Source of the DNA: Octopus bimaculoides
Taxonomy: Eukaryota
Reading direction: 5' to 3'
NCBI RefSeq assembly: GCF_001194135.2
Contig: NC_068981.1
Span: forward strand, 65,499,387 to 65,563,386
DNA length: 64,000 nt
Below, in pieces: positions 53,272 to 64,000 of the stretch (position 1 is its first letter; each line of letters opens with the position of its first letter). Under the pieces are notes generated by a model that worked only from the letters and a program-made list of their open reading frames with translations, had not been told where the DNA came from and ran no database searches. The position numbers were made by a program, and so were the translations under genes.

Positions 53272-53548
53272 TATTTACATTATTTACATTTGACGGATAT
53301 TTGTCCTCATCTTGTTTGTTGTTAACACAATGTTTCAGCTGTTATATACCCTCCAGCCTTCATCTTAGGGAAATTTTGAACCTGGGTTCTCATTCCTAAA
53401 GTATTTGAAATTTTCCCAAGATACCTGTTGAAGGCCGGAGGGTGTATCAGCCGAAACAGTGTGTTAACAACAAACAAGATGAGGATAAATATCCGTCAAA
53501 TGTAAATAATGTTCATAATTCCCCATCTCTTAAATATAGAACTGTATT
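53272..53548. mobile_element. Palindromic non-autonomous element (inverted ~110-bp arms with decayed hammerhead-like cores), 14-bp TSD
   Basis: Left arm TATTTACATTTGACGGATATTTGTCCTCATCTTGTTTGTTGTTAACAC.. is the reverse complement of the right arm ..GTGTTAACAACAAACAAGATGAGGATAAATATCCGTCAAATGTAAATA. Flanked by AGTTTAGTTGGCAT (53258-71) and AGTTTAGTTGACAT (53549-62). Confidence 0.75.
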
Positions 53549-54023
53549 AGTTTAGTTGACATCCTGAGGGTGGTTCATAGAACATGAAGAAACATTGATA
53601 CAAATTCATTTTAATCTTGAAATATTTGAGTTTTTATCTGGAAGTTTAATTTCAGCCCTACATTTAATGACTGTCCCAGTACTTGCAAATTTATTTTCAT
53701 ACACTTGTGTGCATATGAAAATTTATTGTATACATTTTATATATAATGTACATTTAAACTCTTTCTCCTGGGGCAGTGCAACAAGAACTGGAAAGTGGAG
53801 TGCAGACAAATTGCTATGCTTAATAAAATTAACTTTTAACATTTAAAACTTGTCCACTGACTATGGCAAAGAAGCAAGAATTATATGAGTACAAACTCCA
53901 GTTTGTTTTCTCATTAATAGTGGGTAGGGGAAAGCGACTGCATTTGAAGAGAAGTTTAGAATGATAAACAAACAGTCCCTTAAAAGATTTGTTGGCTAAA
54001 AATAAAACATTTATATACTAAAT

Positions 54024-54058
<35 letters not shown>

Positions 54059-54059
54059 A

Positions 54060-54118
<59 letters not shown>

Positions 54119-54775
54119 AAGTACTGTTGAATTAAGAACAGAATCCTTTTTGTCAGTGAACTCAAGACAGGATCATTTCTATGAAATTCCCCCCACCCCA
54201 CCTCTAACTTTTCACAAATGAAAAATAATCCAACTGGTGTTTTTCAAATCAGTTTGGTTGTTTTAAGTTTTTATAGAAAAGGCTTAAGTTAAAGTAACAA
54301 ACAGAAGGTACCCAAGAGGAAAATTAGTAACAATAACAAAAAAAAAAGTATTTAAATTCACTTACTTGCTTGCTACTGCACTTTTGAGGGCAACAGAACA
54401 ATACAGTAATATCTCACTTTACAAGAACCCACTTTACAAGACCCTGGGTTTATGAGTTTTATTTTATAATAAATATAACAAACTAAGCAGCCATTTTGTG
54501 TGTGCGACAACATCGCAACATGTGGCAACACTGGTTCTGATACTTATACACAGCAACAGAGTAAAATGATGGCATAAAATTTCATTGCTGTTATGGGAAA
54601 TTATTGTTCTGTTTTACAGGTTTTCACTTTACAAGTGGTCTCTGGGAACAAATTAACTCGTATATCGAAGCCTTGCTGTAATTACTAATATAGCTTTAGT
54701 AAACATAGTACTGTAGCGTATTTCATTTTGTGAATTTCTAAAGGAGAATTATACAATATTATTTTTCACTTTCCT

Positions 54776-55119
54776 ATCATCATCATCGTTTAATGTCTGC
54801 TTTCCATACTGGCATGGGCTGGATTTCAGTTAACTCGGCCGGTTATGCGGCACTGCTATTGACCACAGCTATGATCTCACTTGGCTTTCCAGGTCTCCTC
54901 AAGCACAGCATATCTCCAAAGGTCTTGGTCACTTGTCATTGCCTCTGAGACCCAACGTTTGAAGGTTGTGCTTCACCACCTCATCCCATGTCTTCCTGGG
55001 TCTACTTCTTCCACAGGTTCCCTCCACTGTTAGGGTGTGACACTTCTTCACACAGCTGTCCTCATCCATACACAACACATGACCATACTAGCACAGTCAT
55101 CTCTTGCACACTACATCTG
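54776..55119 (-). mobile_element. RTE-clade LINE 3' end
   Basis: Minus strand YGHVLCMDEDSCVKKCHTLTVEGTCGRSRPRKTWDEVVKH (RTE ORF C-terminus) followed by a (GAT)n tail. Confidence 0.75.
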
Positions 55120-57667
55120 TATAGGCATGGTTGTGTTGTTACCAAATTTGCTTTGTGACTGTATGTGGTTTCAGTTCCAATGCATGGCATCATGAACAAG
55201 TGTCCTTTTCTGCAGGCTCAGGTTGAGCAATGCCTTGTGATAGAAATTGATTGGCAAAAATTTGAGGAGACCTGTACTATGTGTGTGAGGTTGGTGGCGA
55301 AGTGTAATTCCACATGGTTTTCATTAACTGCATTTGAGCAAAATCTTTTACATTCTCCAGCAGACATGTTAATTAAGTTGGTTTCAACACCTGAGGACCT
55401 ATGGGATGAAAAGAAAAGAAAGACCTTACTTGATGGGGCTGGGGTGGGGGGCGTTGGCATGCAAATAAAGGTTTGGCAACAGAAAAAGCATCTGGCCATA
55501 AAATATCAATATCCGTCTCAACTGGTCTTCTCTAATCTATGCAAACATGCTTGTACAATACAAAAGCATGAAAATGAACAAACCACATCACATAGCATTT
55601 TGAATTCTTATTTATAGTATTTAAATTTTGATGACAAACTGTCAACTAAATAAATATCAAGAACCATGGTATTTGAACATTTAGTAATCAGTGTATTCTT
55701 GTTTATAAATAAATAAATATCAATACCTGTATTTTCAAACCTATACTTCACATAGGATATAAATAGTCATAGATAAGAAATGTGTGGTTTTGAATTAGAT
55801 AACACATGTCAAAGTTCAACTTAGGTTTGATTGTAAGTATAAAAACTGTTTCTAAATTTTGAAGTTTGTAAACAACAGTATTATATTAATCTTAACGATT
55901 AAACAATTGTAGTAACCCACTCATACGGTTTATCACTTGAGATTTAAAAAATCCACGCTATCTTTGTTGTCATGATAGTGTGAAGTATCTAACATCACAT
56001 TGAACTAAATTTAGTTAAATAGTATTATACTTTGAGTGAATGCAAATGTAAACACAAGCCAATCACCTTCAAACTATCTTACAAGAAAGGTTACATTGAA
56101 TAATGTAGTCGTACTTTCCTCCTACTTTCAAAATTATCAGAGAAAGATTTTGGTTCCCTCATTATTATTGAAAAAGCAAAACAGTTTACATTCATAGATC
56201 TTTCTTTCTTCATTATAATGTTGGTGGACAAGGTTTTAAAGTTGTTGTTGTTTTTGTTTACCTTCAGGTCGGCTGAGATTGAACAGACTTAACTCTCTAA
56301 AGGCATTCTAACTATGACCATCTCATCATAAGTTATACACAATTACATTATTCAATGCATTAGTTATTTTCCTTAGCAGCTGGGTGTGATTTGATGAAGA
56401 TTTGGTTGCTATTCTTAGCAGGTCAAATGACCATATAAAGACACTATCACTGGCTCATCATATGTCTGTACTTTCTCGTGGTAGCTACAGTGGCAGCAGG
56501 ACATACTGAGAGTGTTGTCCTTGAATATATTTATGGTAGGCATCCCATAATGTTAGTTGGCTAAAACTACAGAAGCCTGAACTAAGTGATTAATTCTGTT
56601 CAACCTTGTCAATTCATATCCCAAGTTTCAAATTTTGCTAGGATCATGTTTACCTTTAAGGTCAATTTGTTTTTCACCTTAAGATAAAATTGTTTTTTTC
56701 TTTGATTGACAATACTACATTTCTTCATTAATTTGCCTTGTGCCTAAATAAATCCTTATTCATATTCTCATTGAATCATCTTGCATCACATTGCTGGTGA
56801 TAACATCTGTCAATTCCTTCCAAACTATTTGATGAAGTCTGTGTTTAAAAGTAGACTGAAAGCTTCAGTCTTCATGTTGAATGACTAAAAATAGCGGTTC
56901 TGTGTTTTAATGGGATTTTTTGAAATGGATATTATGAAATGTCTCAACCATGTGGAACATTCTGTCTAAAAAGAAAAAAAAATGCATGTTGACTAAATTA
57001 TATTTTCCCTCCTGTTGAAAAGCTACCTAAAAGGGACAACAGAAAGTCTTTTTGTTGTCTGCCATTTTCTTATGATATAACTGAAGAGCTTGACAATGAC
57101 TATCATTTTTACCCTCTGCCAGCTGTTCTCAGACAAAGCTTATTGCACAGAGGTAGCCAGTTAACTTCTTTATGGCAATTTATACATTTTGTTGCTCAGA
57201 TATCCTGTATTTCAGCTGCATGTACACTCTGCAATATTGTGGTGAACTATAAAAGATACACAGCTTATGTCAAGAGCTAGTAGTATATATGGCAGATTTT
57301 ACTCTTTTTTAAACTTTGGAAACCTTTATCTGGTGGGATTTGATTAAAGCAAGGCAATAAGGATGGTTAATAAGTGATTACACCAAACTTTCACATGTAA
57401 CATCCATAGAAACTCAATTAAACACTCACATACAAAAAAAAAAAAGATAAAAAATAAGAAAGAAATGCAGCTATAATCATCCTACCTCAGTTTCAAATGA
57501 CATTCCCTTTTTCAGTTTGATATCAGCCAAAACTGTTTCACAAGTGTCTCTGCCAATTTTTCTTTGGCTAAGATATTTATACCAAGATATATATATATAT
57601 ATATATATGAAGGCACTTGGCTAAGATATTTATACCAACATATATATATAAATATATATATATGAAG

Positions 57668-57992
57668 GCACATGGCTCAGTGGTTAGAGCATCAGGTTCA
57701 CAATCATGAGGTAGTGAGTTCGATTCGTGGACTGGGTTTGTGTTCTTGAGCATGATGCTTTATTTTGTGTTGCTCCAGTTCACTCAGCTGTAGAAATGAG
57801 TTGCAATGTCACTGGTGCCAAACTGTATCAGACTTTGCCTTTTTCCTTGAATAACATCGGTATCATGAAGATGGGAGGCTGGTGTGCATGGGCCACTGCT
57901 GGTCTTCCATAAACAACCTTGCTCGGACTCGTGCCTCAGAGGGGAACTTTCTAGATGCAATCCCATGGTCATTTATGAATGAAGGAGGTCTT
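57668..57992 (+). mobile_element. tRNA-derived SINE, family C
   Basis: GGCACATGGCTCAGTGGTTAGAGCA (A box)...GAGTTCGATTC (B box)...GTTCTTGAGCA.. body; inverted homologue at ~28022-28310. Confidence 0.75.
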
Positions 57993-60604
57993 TAACCTTT
58001 GCTCTAATATACGTATATATATATATATGAGAGTAAGTATAGTGTACTAGGTATGATTGTTCTTAGAAATTACTTGTAGAATAAAAATGTTATTTGTATG
58101 TTCTGGGGAAGTTCAGTACCTAGCTTGTGCAAGGATCCTCAAATTGAGAAATAACCTGCATGTATAAAAATGGGAGTTTTTTCCATGATGGTGTGAAATG
58201 TGTGTGGTGTACTCCGACTTCTCCCCATTGCACCATCACATGAATGCATCATCTCCTTTTCTGTTTCTCTGTTCCCCTAGTTTCTCGTTCTGCTGGAGTC
58301 TGAATTAAATTAATTGTTTGTGAATGTGGCAAAAATCAGTATTGTCAACTATAAAACATACTTTCAGTTGATCTTTAAAAATCACCTGATGATTGTTTAC
58401 CATAGCTAGTAGTAATGCTGTTGTTGTGGCTACTTGGCTCCACATCAACCCTAATAATGGAAACATAATCAAAAACATTCCAAAAGTGACAATCCCATCT
58501 TTTTTTATTATTATTTTTCAGCATAGTATGTCTAAGACTACATTTTCCAGTGTGTGCTCTCCTATTATCTATTTTCAAAAACAGGAGAGTGTGTTATGAA
58601 GGAGATTTGTTTTGTTATTTCTAACAGGTCAAGCAACTATGAGTCATGTAGTGCATTTTGGCAAACATATTTAATATATATATTTTCTAAACAGCTCATT
58701 AGGATAAGCTTATAAGATACTAATGTTTTCTTTTGGCATCTTTGTATTTGTTGTTGCTGTTACTGGGACACAGGATATGGTCCTCGTAGAATATTGGAAT
58801 CATTATACATTTTGTTGTCTCTTTAGACTTGCATTTACATATGCATTCATATTTGGGCATTCACATCTGCACACATTCACACAGCTATATACACACATAT
58901 TCATATATATATATATATATACTCATCTTTTCACATCATACAGTTTGCCAATGACTAGCAGTTTCATTTTTGAATGCAGCAATACTAGCTGGGCAAAGAA
59001 CACCTATAATAAAATGAATCCATAGATCTGATGATGGAACAGCTGAAACCCTTTGTGTCTAAAGCAATGCTTGGTTCATTTTGTTTTGTGTGTTTGGATT
59101 TGCAACTGAGAGAAAAATAAATACTCAATGAACGTAGTTGAATTGTTGGATTTATTTGAAGCTGAGGTTTTATTCTACGGCTGCTCTGAACACCCCATTT
59201 CCATTCTTCACAACAATCAAAATATTCAGGTTTCTCTTACTTGTGTCAGTCATTGGACTGCAGCCATGCTTGTGCCTGACCTTGAAGGGTTTTAGTTAAA
59301 TTAATCCCAGTACTTGTTTTTCTTTTTGTTTTGTTTTCTTTTTTTTTTTTTGAGCCTGGTGAATCTTATTCAGTTGCTCCCTTTTGCTGAACTGTTAATT
59401 ACAGGGATGTAAACAAGCTAACACCAGTTGTCAAGTAGTGGCAGATGACAAGCACACACACATAATGGGCTTCTTTCAGACTGTCAACCAAATCCACTTG
59501 CAAGATTTTGATCAGCCCAAGGCCATCATAGAAGGTGCTACCCAGAGCCATGTGGTTAGGAAGCAAACTTCTTATCACACAGCCATGCTTTGAGTCCCTG
59601 GATTTTCTGTCACTTACCGTAGGCCAATTTCTATTTATAGTATCTACTGCTGCATACTGTTTATGGACTAGGCTGCACATAATCACTCTACTTCTTGAAC
59701 AGTTTGTTGTTGATCAGTTGGGTAATACAGTAAGAACTTTCAAAATGGTATTTTTGTTGCTTAGTTCAAAGTTAACTCTGACCAAGCAGAGCAGACCTTT
59801 GATCAATAGTATTCTAGTAATGATCATTTCACTTTATTTCCAGTCGTGGTATATCTGGGACTACATTCTCTACTCTATCCTTGTTTATGATGATAGGATG
59901 TGACAAGAGGAAATTTTGCAGCTATTTCTAGTTGATTGAATGACTATATAAAGGCTCCCTTGTTAGTTCATTGTCAGTATGATGTTTTCTACTGGTTGTA
60001 GAATATTATCTCATTTGTAACTGAAAGTACTCTAAAAGATACTTCTTTTTCATGTTTACATTTTGACAAAATTTCATATTCAGCATCACAAAATGTTGCA
60101 TATGGCATGTTGAATATTGAATGTTAGGAGCTGAAGTTTCACCTGTAGACCAGGATAAATTGAGGTGGTTGATTCTTTTTTCCATTCTGACATGGAAAAA
60201 CAGATATAGAATTATAATGTTGTTAAAACTCAGCCATTACTTTTGAGTATGATCTTATGTCTTGTACCATGCTTCTGGTAGTTGTTTTAAGTATCCATAA
60301 AGTTGCAAGCAGGCACAAACAAACTCTTGGCTCTCCCACAGTTAGGATATGAAATCTGGAGGGAGAAAGAACTGCATCAGCAGTTGGCTGGTAAAGCAAC
60401 ACAAATTTTAGCTGAGTAGACTGGAGCAATGTAAAATGAAGTGCCTTGCTCAAGGATGCAATGCACTGCCTCATCCAGGAATCAAACCCATGACTTAACC
60501 ATGAACCCAGTACCCTAACTACCTGCCACACCTCTTCAGTCAAATTATACATGTATGCCTATTTTTTTTTATTTACTATTTATCTATTTTTATTTATTTT
60601 GCAG

Positions 60605-60921
60605 GTCTTTTCAGTTTTTCTTCCCAACCGGAATCTCATCAGAGGTGTATGATCAAGGACTTCATGGAGCAGGCTATGCAGAATTCAGAGGATGGGAAAT
60701 TTTTATATTTTTTACAGGCACCAGGCCCTGGAATGCCACCAGTTCCCATTCGTCTGCTATATCCTGTATCTCGCTTCTCCTCCATTTCCTCACTCATGCA
60801 TCTGTGCCGCTTCTCCATCTTGGGCTTTGTACGTCGTGACCTTATCGATAATCTACCGATTCCCGAGAGCCTGAAGCTTTACTTAAAAGAAAGCCAGTAT
60901 TTTGTGGAAACTCTGCAGTAA
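60605..60921 (+). CDS. SOCS7: SOCS7-like protein, terminal coding exon (end of SH2 + SOCS box)
   Basis: Pyrimidine tract and ttttgcAG|60605. The phase-1 join G|GT gives HKG-LFSFSSQPESHQRCMIKDFMEQAMQNSEDGKFLYFLQAPGPGMPPVPIRLLYPVSRFSSISSLMHLCRFSILGFVRRDLIDNLPIPESLKLYLKESQYFVETLQ*, stop TAA 60919-60921. GKFLYFL and LLYPVSRF are SOCS7/Socs16D-type; SLxHLCR...LPxPxxLxxYL is the SOCS box. Confidence 0.92.
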
Positions 60922-61290
60922 GTGGAAAGCACTGAAACAACACATACATAACACATCTACTTTACATGTACACAGAACAAAGGAAATGGAATACAACTCG
61001 TATTGTTGCTCACAAAGGATCAACTGAGTTAAATTTCATTGCCTAACTCAACTCCCTCTCCATACTACCATTTTTCCACAAACACACACCCTTTCTTTCT
61101 CTATATATATGTATATATATATATATGTGTATGTATATATAAATATATATACATACATAACTAAATACACCTTCAGTTAATTCATTGCTACACAGCTTAG
61201 CATTAGACTATTGTTCTTTTTGTGCGTGTGTGAGGTGAGTTTTTTGTTTTGTTTGTTTTTCTCAGTTATTACTGATTCTTGAAGACACAA

Positions 61291-61296
61291 AATAAA
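61291..61296 (+). promoter_or_regulatory. Candidate polyadenylation signal of SOCS7-like transcript
   Basis: AATAAA about 370 nt after the stop codon, followed by T-rich sequence. Weak evidence in AT-rich DNA. Confidence 0.25.
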
Positions 61297-61639
61297 TCAT
61301 TTAAAAAAAAAATTAACCAGAGGTTGAAAATTAATAATACTAATAATTGATTTCTTTCAATTTTTCCTTTGTTCTTTTCTTTATTTTCTTTTTTCTTTTT
61401 ACACATTAAACCTAATGTCATTGTTTGTAAAGAAAGGAATGGTATAGGTGAATGAATATCAATTCCAGTATATTACTGGTATATAATGTTTTATATTTTC
61501 TTCTCCCTCCTCTTCCTGTACTTCTCATGGTGGAAGATGGGGACTGAATTCAGAAAAGATTAAGTTAATGAACTTAAAGTGCATAAAGAATCTTGGCTGG
61601 TTTGCCACTTACTGTATTAACATGGTGAGGTAAGCTGCA

Positions 61640-64000
61640 GAAAATGTTAGAGCATAAAAAAAAAATGGCATTGCATTATCTGTTTTGACTCTTAGTTGAA
61701 ATACACCGGATTTAACTTTACCTTTCATCCCTCTGAGGTCAATAAAATGAAGTAGCAGTCAAGGACTGAGGGTCAATGATATCAACTAACCCCCTCCCCT
61801 CAAAATCATTGGCCTTGTGCCAAAATCAGAAACCATTATTGCTATTGTTATTGCAGCAAGCTGGAGGAATCATTACCATGCCAGGCAAACTGCTTCGCAT
61901 CATTTTGTCTGTCTTTATGTTTTGAGTTCATATTCTGCTGAGGTCGACTTTGCCTTTCATCCTTTTAGGGTCGATAAAATAAGTACCTATTGAGGTCAAT
62001 GTAATCAACTTATCCCCTCCCCTGGAATTGCTGGACTTTTGCCAAAATTTGAAATTATTATTATTATTATTATTATTATTTATTGTGGTGAACTGCCAAA
62101 ATCATTAGTAGACCGGACAAAATGTTTAGCAGTATTTCATTCATCTTTACATTCTCAGTACAAATTCTACCAAGGTCAACTTTTTTTCATCCTTTCTGGG
62201 TCAATAAAATAAGGACCAATTGAGCACTGGGGTCAATGTAATCAACTAGCTCCCCTCCCCCAAAATTTCAGGTCTTGTGTCTAGAGTAGAAAGGATTATT
62301 ATCTTTATTATTATTATTATTATTATTATAATTAAGGTGGCAAGCTGGCACAATCATTAACACGCTGGGCAAAAATGCCTCACAGCATTTCGTCCGTCTT
62401 CACATTTTGAGTTCAAATTCTGCCCAGGTCAACTTCACCTTTCATCCTCTCATGGTTGATAAAATAAGTACCAGTTGAACACTGGGGTTGATGAAATCGA
62501 CTTGCCCTCTCCCCTGAACTTGCTGGCCTTGTGCCAAAATTTTAAACCATTATTGTTATTATTATTATTATTGTTATTATTATTATTATTATTAAAGACA
62601 GAATTGTTAGAGAGACAGACAAAATGCTTTGCAGTATTTCTTCTGACTCTTCACATGCAGGCTCCAAATCTTGCTGAGGTTAATTTTGCCTTTCATCCTT
62701 TCAGGGTCAGCAAAAGAAAGTAAAATTGAAATTACTGGGATCAATGTAATTGATTAACCCCCACCTCTCAAAATTATGAGCCTTATGCTTAAATTAGAAA
62801 CAATTAGTATTATGGTGTTGGTAACGAATAGCAATATCACTAAGGTACCAGACAAAATGTTCAAAGCCGAGATTATTTTTTTCCCCCTTTTATTAGCAGT
62901 CTAATTATGCAACCTGGGAGGGCTTACACCCTCCCCCTGCTGCCCTTAAGTAGATTACTGGAACTTCAGCTACCATGGCTGGACTTGGGATGAATCCTGG
63001 ATTCGATTGGGGTTGCCCTCTCCAAACAGGTGGGATTTGAACTCAAAATGTAGAAAGCCAGAAGATATAACTGTAAAGCATCTCTGCCAATGCACCACTG
63101 ATTCTGCCACTCTCCTACCCACAGAGCAAGGTGAAATGAAGTGTTTTGCTCAAGAACACAATGCACCACTCAATCCAGGAATTGAACCCACAGTTTTACG
63201 ATTGTGAGGACAACATCCTAACCACTAAGCCACACACCTTCACTAACAGTCTAGTACTGGGTTCTATATAATCAGCTATAGACCCCCCACCACTAAAATG
63301 TGTGGCCTTGTGCCTGTGTTAGAAATCTTTATTATTTTTTAAAATAAAAGCAACAGGCTGGTAGTATTGTTGGCATGATGGACAAAATGTTTAGCAGCAT
63401 TCCTTCTGACTTTATGCTCTCAATTCAAACACTGCCAAGGTCAACTTTGCTTTTCATCCTTCTGGGACTGATAAAATAAAGAACCAGTCAAATACTGGGG
63501 GCGGTGTTATCAAGTAATCCTCCTCCCCTAAAATTGCTGGCCTTGTTACAAAATTTGAGATCATTTATTAAAAACGAAAATAAAAGATTTATAATGTTGT
63601 TGGTTGGTTGGTTGGTTGGTTACATAAATGTTAGAGAAATGGACTAAATGCTGTGCAGTATTGAGCTATTGATATTTATGACCTGAGTTCAAATGCTACC
63701 AGGGTCAGCTTTGCTGTCATCCTTTCACAGTTGATAAAATAAAGTACCAGTTAAGTATTAGGATTAATTTAATTGACTAACAATGTTTCCCCTAATTTTT
63801 GGCCCTGTGCCTTGGTTTGAAACAGCTGTTGTTATTATTAAAAATGGCAGTGAGCTGGCAGTATTGTTAGCACATCAGGCAGAATGCTTTGTGGCATTTC
63901 ATTCATCTCAACGTTCTGAGTTCAAATCCTATCGAGGTCAACTTTGCCTTTCATCTTTTCAGGGTCAATAAATTAAGTACCAACTACTGGGGTTGGTGTA
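61640..64000 (+). repeat. Long cluster of mostly head-to-tail family A SINE copies downstream of the SOCS stop codon
   Basis: GGTCAACTTTGCCTTTCATCC-like motif recurs at ~61715, 61945, 62175, 62428, 62680, 63440, 63705, 63938, with (ATT)n linkers. Confidence 0.7.

Larger units (their letters stand above)
19651..60604 (+). other. 40,954-bp GT-AG intron of the SOCS7-like gene (phase 1, inside SH2)
   Basis: The two exons join in frame with continuous SH2 sequence; no intervening coding exon is needed. Length includes three N-gaps of estimated size. Confidence 0.85.

Noticed and set aside
55165-55617. 150-aa ORF
   Set aside because: Overlaps decayed repeat tails; no domain or splice support.
60615-60645. 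Minus-strand CTGATGA in the SOCS terminal exon
   Set aside because: No stem III or cleavage triplet; explained by coding sequence.
1-64000. CRISPR arrays, rRNA or genuine tRNA genes
   Set aside because: None seen. The tRNA-like A/B boxes belong to SINE heads, and the repeated units are SINE arrays without a spacer architecture.

Overview
AT-rich, microsatellite- and SINE-dense eukaryotic DNA with five N-gaps; the repeat landscape suggests an octopus (coleoid cephalopod), which is an inference. The only host gene I can support is a SOCS7-like gene (SH2 + SOCS box) on the + strand. Two coding exons (19482-19650, 60605-60921) are joined by a 40,954-bp phase-1 intron that splits the SH2 domain; the 5' exons were not recognised. 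Mobile DNA includes tRNA-derived SINEs (some in head-to-tail arrays), RTE LINE fragments, TTAA-flanked piggyBac-like MITEs and two decayed hAT transposases, one with intact TIRs and a TSD. The most interesting signal is non-coding. At least four sequence-unrelated small elements carry type I hammerhead ribozyme folds, three with a palindromic stem III read directly and one inferred. They are: a 352-nt monomer with 58-nt terminal redundancy (retrozyme-like, sense within the SOCS intron), a ~468-bp tandem unit present in both orientations around a gap, an isolated motif at 81-177, and a 277-bp palindromic element with a 14-bp TSD. All folds were derived by eye and none has been tested for cleavage. 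Most ORFs in the supplied track are microsatellite or gap artefacts.
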